A stretch of DNA of 64,000 nucleotides from Lepidodermella squamata (lineage: Eukaryota; Animalia; Gastrotricha): contig JBLDXI010000057.1 of assembly GCA_047495785.1 (NCBI GenBank), positions 171,583 through 235,582 on the forward strand. Reading direction: 5' to 3'. The number at the start of each line of letters is the position of its first letter. The first letter of the stretch is position 1. This document shows positions 29,119 to 38,190 of the stretch, piece after piece. The position numbers were made by a program, and so were the translations under genes. A model generated the notes under the pieces. It was not told the origin of the DNA. It worked only from the letters and a program-made list of their open reading frames with translations, and made no database searches.

Positions 29119-30129
29119 TACTGCAATAAATAGTGATGTATCCCTCTAGCCAGGGCGATAACAATGATGCAAAAAATAATTGGCGCGTGGCTCTATTTAA
29201 ATCGCGTGCATCATATGTTTGAGTCGCATGATTTGTAAACACATAAGGTACCCGAGGTGATATCTAGTTACTAAAAATAGCTGAGGTCAGGGCGATATCT
29301 AGTTACTAAAAATAGGTCATATTAAGAAGATGGTCGCAACATTGAAGAAATGGTTTTACTGTAAAAAATCGCTCTGAGATATCGTCCTGGTGAGCTAATA
29401 AGAAACTTCAACGAAAATAAAGGGAATAAATGTGAGGGGGACTATGGGTTCCCCGGATGGGCAGATAGAATTGGGTAAACACGATAAAGTAATTAAAAGT
29501 TGGACCTTAGGATTTCAAGATAGGACCTAATTAATTAAACCTCAGGGTGATAACTTTTTAGGTTTTCAGACAGGATTCTCCGTATAATGAGATGGTGATA
29601 ACTTTTTCATTTTTTAGTCAGGAATCGCATGTTTCTGTGACTTTGACTTTGCCAAAATAAGTGAAGATAACTTTTTCAATTTTAAGCCGGAAAACTCATT
29701 CTTTCACTTGCCGTAGTGTCTGTATGTATGTTTGATTTCACATTATACGAATAAGATAGTTTTGCTACGGCAGCTACGGCAGCGCTACGGTGAGTGCTAT
29801 TAGGTAGCAGTACGGTACGCAAGCTCGTGCTACGGTGCTACGGTGAGTCCTAACAGCGCGCAAGCACACCCCAATATTAAATTCATGCGCGTTAAAAGCG
29901 GGGCAATCGGCTCTGATATTGATAAAAACATATTATAATAAATTGGAAATGATAATATATACACCTATACTGAAGTTAATTAATTCATATCCCTGTGTCT
30001 TATAGGCAATGTTACTAAGAAATATGTAACGCAGACCACCAATAAATCGGCATCTCTCTCTAAAAACTAAAAAAATTAATAGTGGCCTTCATCGCCCGCG
30101 TGACTATATTCCGCGCGCCGGCTTCATCA

Positions 30130-30171
30130 GGGTTAGGGTTAGGGTTAGGGTTAGGGTTAGGGTTAGGGTTA
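30130..30171 (+). repeat. Telomeric tract (GGGTTA)7
   Basis: Read directly. It merges into the internal telomere-like tract of family A. Confidence 0.97.
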
Positions 30172-31121
30172 GTAGGGTTAGTACTACGGTCCTCCGGTTC
30201 AATATATTGCAAATTTTCAAGCAAAACTTTCCACCCCGTGACCAAGTTGTCACGGAGGTTCGTGCTGGTCATTGAGGCGCAGGCTTGACGCCACGCGTTG
30301 ACGAATTCTTCACGCGGTTCGCCGAGGTTGATGCCGCGGGCCTTGCGGATGACCGTAACCGAGCTGCCTTGACTGCAGACGCTGTTGAAGGCGCGAGCGG
30401 TGTAGAGCGGTAGCGAGTCGGGGTCGCAGTAACGGAACGCTTGCGACGCGTCCTTGTAGGCAAAGTAGGCTGCACCTGCGTGAGCCCAGCCGGAGCGGAG
30501 GCGAAGCGAGGTGACGGTGGCGGCGGCGAAACTGTCGCGTTCTGCAACGACTTTCGGGTCGACGAGCGAGTCTGTGGGAAAGAATTTGTTCATGCCATTA
30601 ATAAAATTTCTTTCATGTGGCGTGTAGCCGCCGCTGTTAACAGCAGTGCTAATGCGCGCCCGAATAATAAAATGATTAATAAATGATGCAAGCTTGGCCT
30701 GATATCGCTCGAGGATATCGTGACGGTGCTGTTGCTCGAGCCGTTGACGACGGTTAGAGGGCGGTGGTGACGCGTTCCTTGGAGCACGATTGCTCGGAGC
30801 GGGCGGACGCTGCTCTCGCCATGAGCGGTCGCGATAGCGGTCTTCTCGGTCTTGAGGACGGTCTTCGCGGTAGTAATGGCGGTCGTCGCGGTAGCGATGA
30901 CGGTCTTCGCCACGGTGACGGTGTTGTTGTCGATGTTGATCGTCTTGTTCGCGGTAACGCGATTGAGACGGCGTCGGTGGTTGACGACGGCGACCGGCTG
31001 TTGATGTCGAATTGTGGTAGACATAACGGAAGCCGCCAATGTAAGCGCGCTTCGCCGGATCGTTGTTGGCCGTGGTGAACCCGTTGTAATTATTTGCAAC
31101 AAAGCGATTGTGATTTGACAT
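30160..31121 (-). pseudogene. 3'-truncated copy of family A ORF1 running into telomeric repeats
   Basis: Matches the first ~320 aa of ORF 33826-35931, then reads (NP)n from CCCTAA repeats. Confidence 0.9.
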
Positions 31122-31143
31122 TTATCAAGATTTATTTATACTT

Positions 31144-31177
31144 TCAACTAACGCGTTTCAAATTTCATCAGAGTTGA
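31144..31177 (-). ncRNA. Minimal type I hammerhead ribozyme (family A, copy 1)
   Basis: UCAACU-CUGAUGA-AAUUU-GAAA-CGCG-UU/AGUUGA: 6-bp stem I, intact core, vestigial stem II, palindromic stem III (AACGCGUU). Confidence 0.85.
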
Positions 31178-32153
31178 GTGTGAAAACAGAACGATTCGTC
31201 GTTGTATTTAACATAGCGAAGCTGCGCCTACTTGGTCCAGGTAAGATCGTGTTAGGCGCAGCCTCTTAGCGCAACAGCTGTACATTAATTAACAATAATC
31301 TGTGTGTAACGAGGCGTTGACTAGGTGTGGCGCGGCAGATGGCGAAAACAGGTGTGCGCCGAGGTGCTGTAATCCCTAATCCCTAATCCCTCGCAGGTGC
31401 TCGGGTGATCACGAGCGGATTAACAGAAGGGAGCGAGAACCGATAATCATTAAGCTGTAGTTAAGTCCTGATGACTGCCGGCGTTGAGAACTAGTCGGAA
31501 AGAGGTTTGACGGACGTAACAAATCGATAGCGAAGAAAAAATCCGGCGTGACCATGGGGCGCAAAAGTAGGCAATTTATCAAAAACTTGTAGAAGTGCAA
31601 CAGTTGCAGCCGAGGTGTGTTTCTAGATGTAAGAGACCACGGAGAGCTCAAAAATCGAGGTCCCAGACTCACACGAGCTGGCGTTTGGAAGTAAACATCA
31701 AAATACAAAAATATTTTCGGTTTTTCCCGGATTTCGTGAAAACTAAGTCGAAAATCAAAATTCGAAGATCGGAGCAAAAAACTACATCATATGACACATC
31801 CAAATATGTTAATCATTAAAACGTGGTCATACTTTCATATTAGTGAGCTCGCAGTTTTTGCCGTTTTACGCGAAAACGGTGAGGATTGGCGATCAAACAA
31901 CAGTAACGTGACCCATATGTTTAGAACAGACCACGCGGAATCGATTGGAACTATTTCCCGGGAGAGTAGGTGTCACGGTTAACGAGATAATCGACTTTTA
32001 CGAAAATAAATTTTGGTAAAGTGAGCGGAAGGGCGCGTAAGAGCGCACAAAATTAATTTCAGTGACTATTCACACGTTTCGCAACATTACAACATTATTA
32101 CAGATCAATTGAGCGAAAGATTTTTGAGACGAAAAACTTTGAGCCAAAGCACG

Positions 32154-33893
32154 CTAACAGTCTTTAGTGCGGCAGAGCTGCTTGACCAGCGACGGGCCGA
32201 GGTGTGTGACGACGCGATGCCGGTGCCGTTTGGCGACGTCGAGTAGTGGCTGCAGACCGCGAACGAACTTGGTTTCGTGCTCCGGCCGCCAGTCACGATC
32301 GACCGGTCGCGAGTCAGCACGGTGTCGTAGAAACGGCCAGTCGAGGCCGGCGCAGCCGTCGACAACGCTGCGGCAGATTGCGAAGACGTCCGCGTCGTGA
32401 TAGCCGTACTTGCTGGCGGAGGCGGCGAGACTGAACACGGCCGAGGCCAGGTCCTGTGTGTTGTTACAAATTCGAACAAAATTAAGTAAACGACCAGAAA
32501 TAGCTGCACGTAAGGTGGAAAGAGGGTGATTAGAATCTGCGTGCAATAAAGGCAGCGCATTCATAGGCTTAAAGTAAACCCCTGTTCGAATTGAACCGTC
32601 TTCAAACTTCTGCATTCGCACGTCGAGCACGTTTGCACAGTCGTTGCTGATGTCGATTTCCAGTTTGATGCGAGGGTGCAGCGCGCTGTAGCCATTGCCC
32701 AGGTTGACGGCGGCTTCGTGGCTGGTAGCGACCGCGAAAATGTCGTCTCGGTAGCGTTTAAACAGTAGGAGGCCCTCGGAGCGGGCGACGAGGTCGCGTT
32801 CGAGAACGAAGAGAAAGGCGTCGGCGACGACGGGCGCGGTGTTTGACCCCATCGGGATGCCGTGCACTTGCCGATAACGAGCGCCTGCAAACAGAAAAAT
32901 ATTGAATTTAAGCGTGATTTTTAATATTTCGACAACAAGATGGCGTTCTGCTTGAGACCCGATACTGTTCTCGCGCAGTAGTAGCTCGATGGCGGCGATG
33001 CCTTCGTCGATCGGGACGTTGGTGTAGAGGTCGCTGACGTCGGCGGTGAAGAATGTAGCGTCGAGACCGCTTGTGTCGATTGACCGTACCGCTGATAACA
33101 GGTCGATAGTAGAGATCGCACACGTCGTCATGAAGTAATTCAGCGGTTTACAGAAGGCGGCGGCGACCTTGTCTGCGGCTGCGAGCGCGGTACCTAGGCA
33201 GTCGACGATCGGGCGAATCTTCGGTAGACCATCGACGTCGTTCGGTTTATGCATTTTCGGTAAGAAGTAGATGTACCGGTCACGCGTTGGCACGAGGTCG
33301 AGACCGCGGAGCAGCTTGCGTTGCGCCGCGGTACCTGAGGCGTTGATTCGCTCGACCAGAGACTTCATTGCTTCCAGCCCGGCGGTTGACTCGTCTTCAG
33401 TGGCGTTGACGTAGTTGGCGGTTGACAGATGCTTCGTTGCCATTTGGTTGTAGTCTTCTTTCTTGAGATAGACCATGGCCGAGCCCTTGTCCGACTTCTT
33501 AAAGACGCCGTTGTCGCGGAGCGCCTTGAGTCGTCGCAGCTGCGGGTCGTCGTTGAGCGGGCCGATTGTGAGCGTTCGGGCAGGCTGAGCGTGACGGATG
33601 ACCACTTGGCCGTTGATGCCTATGATAGGCCCTACGAAGCGTTTCGAGAACGGTACCGCTGGGACCGAGACGTCGTAGCGGTGATCGGCCCGCGGTTGGA
33701 CGGTTGCACCTAGAAGATCTGACATAGTTTTTAGTGAGGCAAATTTTTCTTTTTTAGTAAAATTTATAATTTTAAGGCCCCGCTCGAGTGCCTGTTTCTC
33801 GGCGGGCGCCAAACTTCCTGTCAGATCAATGACTGACGGTAGGGAACAGCGGTGAAGGCTGAACGCCGTACCATTCTGGACAAGGCACGACAT
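32154..33893 (-). CDS. Family A Penelope-like reverse transcriptase without GIY-YIG endonuclease
   Basis: YFLPKMHKP, IRPIV, TADVSDLYTNVP, QVHGIPMGS, RYRDDIF, and thumb GVYFKP..SNHP. The ORF stops shortly after the thumb. Confidence 0.93.
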   Translation of the reverse strand: MSCLVQNGTAFSLHRCSLPSVIDLTGSLAPAEKQALERGLKIINFTKKEKFASLKTMSDLLGATVQPRADHRYDVSVPAVPFSKRFVGPIIGINGQVVIRHAQPARTLTIGPLNDDPQLRRLKALRDNGVFKKSDKGSAMVYLKKEDYNQMATKHLSTANYVNATEDESTAGLEAMKSLVERINASGTAAQRKLLRGLDLVPTRDRYIYFLPKMHKPNDVDGLPKIRPIVDCLGTALAAADKVAAAFCKPLNYFMTTCAISTIDLLSAVRSIDTSGLDATFFTADVSDLYTNVPIDEGIAAIELLLRENSIGSQAERHLVVEILKITLKFNIFLFAGARYRQVHGIPMGSNTAPVVADAFLFVLERDLVARSEGLLLFKRYRDDIFAVATSHEAAVNLGNGYSALHPRIKLEIDISNDCANVLDVRMQKFEDGSIRTGVYFKPMNALPLLHADSNHPLSTLRAAISGRLLNFVRICNNTQDLASAVFSLAASASKYGYHDADVFAICRSVVDGCAGLDWPFLRHRADSRPVDRDWRPEHETKFVRGLQPLLDVAKRHRHRVVTHLGPSLVKQLCRTKDC

Positions 33894-35931
33894 GCCCGTC
33901 AGCCCTAGCGACGTTATAAAACGTGATCGCGGCTTCTCGATGCCTCCCTTCCTTGTCGCCGTGCTTTAAGGCGATGTGTTCGCATAGTGCGTTGATCGAA
34001 CCACGGTGAGGTCTGTGAAGACACACGGTGCCGTTCTTCTTTTTCTTGCCGCAGTACCAGAAGTGTTCTAATTCGTTCCATTCGACGCCGATTTCCGGGT
34101 CTTCTTTCTTCGTTTTCTGCCACCATTCGCGTCGGTACAAGGCCGTGATGACTCCGCGTTTTTGAGCGAACGTTTTCGGCGAGACTTGTTGCGCGTTGGT
34201 GTTTGAGCGTTTCGACTGACCGGGCGCGTTGTTGTAAACTTTCGATGCGGACGCGGCGTTTTCACCGTACATCTTCTTCGCGGGTACGGCCTTGGGCTTC
34301 GCTTTCGGAGCGACGGTCGAGATTGCTTGTTGTTTCGCGGTGGGCGGACGAGCTGTAGGCGACGGCTCCTTCTCTTCTTCTTGACGCCTCCGCTTCGACG
34401 ACACTGAAGGCGGAGGCGCGACCGGGTGGGTCACGCGTTGAGAGTTCGGCGTGAGCCCGAAGAAATCCGACGCGACCATGATAACATTTTCTCTAGGAAA
34501 AAGTGGGTTATTATTAATTAAAGCTTCGGCCGCTGTAGCGGCAGCCAGAAGCGCTGTGTCGCTCGCGGTATCGATGACAGGTGACGAGATCTTCCTCGGT
34601 GCGGCGGGCTGAACCGATTGTTCAGAGGCGCGTGTTGTGGTCGGAGTGATCGAATCGGTGTTGTTGTTGTTCGATTCGACGACGATGACGGGTGAGGCGT
34701 TGCGTGCGCTGGCCACGGCTGGCGGTGAGGTGGTAGGCGTGCGCGTTGTCGGAGCCTTGGCGACTGGCGCGGCGATAGGTTCGCTGTTCTTGACGATGGG
34801 TGAGGCGACGGCGGCGGCTGCTGGAGGCGCGGCCTTCGGTGTGACGTCGACGACGGAGATGCCTTCGCCGGTTTCTTCTTCGATCACTTGCATCGGAGAC
34901 GCGGGCTGTGCCGCGGGCGGTGCTTGAACCTCTGTACCCCTGGGAGGTACGCGGACCTGAGAAAGAAAAGGGTTAGGGTTAGTAGGGTTAGTACTACGGT
35001 CCTCCGGTTCAATATATTGCAAATTTTCAAGCAAAACTTTCCACCCCGTGACCAAGTTGTCACGGAGGTTCGTGCTGGTCATTGAGGCGCAGGCTTGACG
35101 CCACGCGTTGACGAATTCTTCACGCGGTTCGCCGAGGTTGATGCCGCGGGCCTTGCGGATGACCGTAACCGAGCTGCCTTGACTGCAGACGCTGTTGAAG
35201 GCGCGAGCGGTGTAGAGCGGTAGCGAGTCGGGGTCGCAGTAACGGAACGCTTGCGACGCGTCCTTGTAGGCAAAGTAGGCTGCACCTGCGTGAGCCCAGC
35301 CGGAGCGGAGGCGAAGCGAGGTGACGGTGGCGGCGGCGAAACTGTCGCGTTCTGCAACGACTTTCGGGTCGACGAGCGAGTCTGTGGGAAAGAATTTGTT
35401 CATGCCATTAATAAAATTTCTTTCATGTGGCGTGTAGCCGCCGCTGTTAACAGCAGTGCTAATGCGCGCCCGAATAATAAAATGATTAATAAATGATGCA
35501 AGCTTGGCCTGATATCGCTCGAGGATATCGTGACGGTGCTGTTGCTCGAGCCGTTGACGACGGTTAGAGGGCGGTGGTGACGCGTTCCTTGGAGCACGAT
35601 TGCTCGGAGCGGGCGGACGCTGCTCTCGCCATGAGCGGTCGCGATAGCGGTCTTCTCGGTCTTGAGGACGGTCTTCGCGGTAGTAATGGCGGTCGTCGCG
35701 GTAGCGATGACGGTCTTCGCCACGGTGACGGTGTTGTTGTCGATGTTGATCGTCTTGTTCGCGGTAACGCGATTGAGACGGCGTCGGTGGTTGACGACGG
35801 CGACCGGCTGTTGATGTCGAATTGTGGTAGACATAACGGAAGCCGCCAATGTAAGCGCGCTTCGCCGGATCGTTGTTGGCCGTGGTGAACCCGTTGTAAT
35901 TATTTGCAACAAAGCGATTGTGATTTGACAT
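33826..35931 (-). CDS. Family A ORF1 (701 aa): R/D-rich N-terminus, helical domain, P/A/T-rich linker, C-terminal C2H2-like zinc finger
   Basis: Continuous ORF containing YCGKKKKNGTVC...LCEHIALKH; overlaps the RT ORF in the +1 frame. Confidence 0.85.
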   Translation of the reverse strand: MSNHNRFVANNYNGFTTANNDPAKRAYIGGFRYVYHNSTSTAGRRRQPPTPSQSRYREQDDQHRQQHRHRGEDRHRYRDDRHYYREDRPQDREDRYRDRSWREQRPPAPSNRAPRNASPPPSNRRQRLEQQHRHDILERYQAKLASFINHFIIRARISTAVNSGGYTPHERNFINGMNKFFPTDSLVDPKVVAERDSFAAATVTSLRLRSGWAHAGAAYFAYKDASQAFRYCDPDSLPLYTARAFNSVCSQGSSVTVIRKARGINLGEPREEFVNAWRQACASMTSTNLRDNLVTGWKVLLENLQYIEPEDRSTNPTNPNPFLSQVRVPPRGTEVQAPPAAQPASPMQVIEEETGEGISVVDVTPKAAPPAAAAVASPIVKNSEPIAAPVAKAPTTRTPTTSPPAVASARNASPVIVVESNNNNTDSITPTTTRASEQSVQPAAPRKISSPVIDTASDTALLAAATAAEALINNNPLFPRENVIMVASDFFGLTPNSQRVTHPVAPPPSVSSKRRRQEEEKEPSPTARPPTAKQQAISTVAPKAKPKAVPAKKMYGENAASASKVYNNAPGQSKRSNTNAQQVSPKTFAQKRGVITALYRREWWQKTKKEDPEIGVEWNELEHFWYCGKKKKNGTVCLHRPHRGSINALCEHIALKHGDKEGRHREAAITFYNVARADGHVVPCPEWYGVQPSPLFPTVSH

Positions 35932-35953
35932 TTATCAAGATTTATTTATACTT

Positions 35954-35987
35954 TCAACTAACGCGTTTCAAATTTCATCAGAGTTGA
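35954..35987 (-). ncRNA. Minimal type I hammerhead ribozyme (family A, copy 2)
   Basis: Same sequence as 31144-31177; ends 22 nt upstream of the ORF1 ATG. Confidence 0.85.
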
Positions 35988-36198
35988 GTGTGAAAACAGA
36001 ACGATTCGTCGTTGTATTTAACATAGCGAAGCTGCGCCTACTTGGTCCAGGTAAGATCGTGTTAGGCGCAGCCTCTTAGCGCAACAGCTGTACATTAATT
36101 AACAATAATCTGTGTGTAACGAGGCGTTGACTAGGTGTGGCGCGGCAGATGGCGAAAACAGGTGTGCGCCGAGGTGCTGTAATCCCTAATCCCTAATC

Positions 36199-36219
36199 GG
36201 GTTAGGGTTAGGGTTAGGG

Positions 36220-36260
<41 letters not shown>

Positions 36261-36285
36261 GGTTAGGGTTAGGGTTGGGTTAGGT
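36199..36285 (+). repeat. Telomeric tract capping A and priming B
   Basis: About 14 TTAGGG units with a few variants. Confidence 0.97.
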
Positions 36286-36289
36286 TAAT

Positions 36290-36331
36290 TACCAGACGGG
36301 AAGCCTAAGCAACCCCGGCATAGAAGCTCTA
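36290..36331 (-). other. Conserved structured element adjacent to the telomere-priming tract (B1)
   Basis: TACCAGACRGGWAGCCTAAGCAACCCCGGCA..RGCTCTA is shared by B, C and D (also at 42463, 47187, 53076, 60594, 62387) while the flanks diverge. Confidence 0.75.
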
Positions 36332-36575
36332 GCAATCCCTTTCACTCTTTTGACGGTAATAAAAACGTTTTGCGTACCTGTCAATCCGTTGATTAGCACC
36401 AGTTGAGATTATTTCAAACAATTTCAATAATTTCCTAAGAAAGAGATTAAATATAATTGAATGTTTGAACATGAATAAGTGTTCTCAAGTCGAGGGTCAC
36501 TGTAGAACCATAAATCCAGGTTCAATCAAAGGAGACCTTGAATGAACCGGGATCATAAATGTAGAATTGAAAATG

Positions 36576-37130
36576 TGGTAGAACCATGTCTTAAGGTTAA
36601 ACCAGAAGGAAGAAGAAGACCTTGGTTGAACCAAAACCATAAAGTTGAGGTTGCAAATACGGGTAGAACCATAACTTAAGGTTGAACCGAAAAGGAAACC
36701 TTAATTGAACCAAAACTATGAAGTTGAGGTTGCAGATATGGGTAGAACCGTAATTTTAAGGTTAAACCGAAAAGGAAACCTTAACTGAACCAGAACTATA
36801 TAGTTAAGGTTGCAAATATGGGTAGAACCATAACTTAAGGTTAAACCGAGAAGGAAACCTTAATTGAACCAAAACTATATAGTTAAGGTTGCAAATATGG
36901 GTAGAACCATAACTTAAGGTTAAACCGAGAAGGAAACCTTAATTGAACCAAAACCATAAAGTTGAGGTTGTAAATATGGGTAAAACCATAATTTAAGGTT
37001 AAACCGAAAAGGAAACCTTAAACTGAACCAGAACTATAAAGTTGAGGTTGCAAATATGGGTAGAACCATAACTTAAGGTTAAACCGAGAAGGAAACCTTA
37101 ATTGAACCAAAACTGTGAAGTTAAGGTTAC
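36576..37130. repeat. About 80-bp tandem repeat (~7 units) in the family B UTR; second copy at about 42749-43303
   Basis: Repeated unit GGTAGAACCATAACTTAAGGTTAAACCGAAAAGGAAACCTTAATTGAACC... Confidence 0.9.
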
Positions 37131-37177
37131 CGTTCCGTTTTTCAAAGGAGAAAAAGGAGAAAAAACCGTAACAATAC

Positions 37178-37319
37178 GCCACCCATGAAGGGGAGCAAAG
37201 AATCAAAGGCCACCCGTATAGGGGAGCGGAAGGAGGCACGCCACCCGTAAAGGGGAGCAACAAAGCAATAGCCACCCATGAAGGGGAGCAATAATTAAAA
37301 GCCACCCGTAAAGGGGAGC
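37178..37319 (-). repeat. Short-hairpin array (GCCACCC-N4-GGGGAGC type) x5, family B
   Basis: About 31-nt periodicity; copy in B2 at +6173. Confidence 0.85.
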
Positions 37320-37420
37320 ATACGGAGAAAGAGCTCAACGTAAAGGTGAGCAAACTGGAAACAACGCCCAGCCGGGTTACCAGACAGTATTGGTAAGAAC
37401 AGGAGGTCAAAAGCACGCAA

Positions 37421-37474
37421 CGCCCATATTAGTCAGACCGGTTTCGCCTGTGGGCAGCAGGCTCGTCAGTGACT
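37421..37474 (-). ncRNA. Type I hammerhead ribozyme with putative loop-II pseudoknot (B1)
   Basis: AGUCA-CUGACGA-GCCUG(CUGCCCA)CAGGC-GAAA-CCGG-UC/UGACU..UGGGCG. Confidence 0.93.
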
Positions 37475-37526
37475 TTGTTGCGAAAATTAAATTTTGCGAA
37501 ATGACGAAAAGTCAGATCTTAAAGCC

Positions 37527-37582
37527 TTTATAAAGGGCTGTTATCTGGACGCCATTTTGAATTTTCAAAATTTGGCGCGAAA
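37527..37582 (-). promoter_or_regulatory. Putative Pol II promoter (E2F-like site, YY1-like site, TATA) upstream of the hammerhead, B1
   Basis: On the - strand: TTTCGCGCCAAA, AAAATGGCG, TTTATAAA. The same order and similar spacing occur in C and D. Confidence 0.6.
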
Positions 37583-38190
37583 GTTTGAGATTTATTTTCC
37601 CAAAATAATGTTATTTCCTGATTGGTAATCATGTGAGGGGTATAACTGGAGTGTTTCACGTAAAAAATGTTCAATTAATTGCCGCATGTTTTTCAAGGTC
37701 GTTGCCATTTGTGGTATCTAGTAAGTTTGCCTAACATGTTTGGTATCAGGTGACCGGTTACGGTTGTGGGTCCAAGTCCAGGAAAACCAAAACCTTGGTT
37801 TTTTGGGTTCTGTTATGGTTTTTATACATTTAAGGTTCATAGGTTTTTGGTGCAGTAACCCAAACTTTAACGTTAAGGTTATGGTTGACGTTATGGTGTT
37901 TTTCAGAATTATGGTTCTAGTTCCGTATCACACCAATTCCCAGTTTACGGTTCGATTTCTCATCTGTAATGTGTCACCAGGGTTGGGTTGCAACCATAAT
38001 TTTCGGTTTTTTTCGGTTGTTGGAGTTGTATGCCGTTTTGCAGGTTCGGTTTTTATGGTTTCACAAGTCGATTTTTTACAAAAGCGATCCACATTTTATT
38101 TCAGAGTTCCTTACCAGGTGGTTTAGAGAAAAACAAAAACACACCATAGCATCGTTACAAACATATTCACTGGAGGTAAGGTTGAGTCAC

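Larger units (their letters stand above)
30160..36198 (-). mobile_element. Family A endonuclease-deficient Penelope-like retroelement, partial tandem (1.26 x 4810 bp)
   Basis: 30160-31388 is repeated at 34970-36198 (offset 4810). PLE-type RT, hammerhead, and telomeric tracts on both flanks. Confidence 0.92.

Noticed and set aside
31465-31516. + strand CTGATGA...GAAA hammerhead candidate in family A
   Set aside because: Stems II and III cannot be formed properly
33828-34152. AGTCAT direct repeat whose excision would create KRGVIDLT as in family B
   Set aside because: No GT-AG boundaries in any register, and the intervening ZnF region appears homologous to the B/C pre-RT domain, so this is probably coincidence
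34957-34997. 41-nt intron using TACTAAC in the family A telomere tract as branch point
   Set aside because: The acceptor looks strong, but the nearby donor is weak and removal shifts into a frame that soon stops. Not supportable without RNA data.
37018-38126. ORFs 37018-37416 and 37740-38126 and their B2 copies
   Set aside because: They arise from UTR repeats and low-complexity sequence, lack ATG starts and have no counterpart in family C
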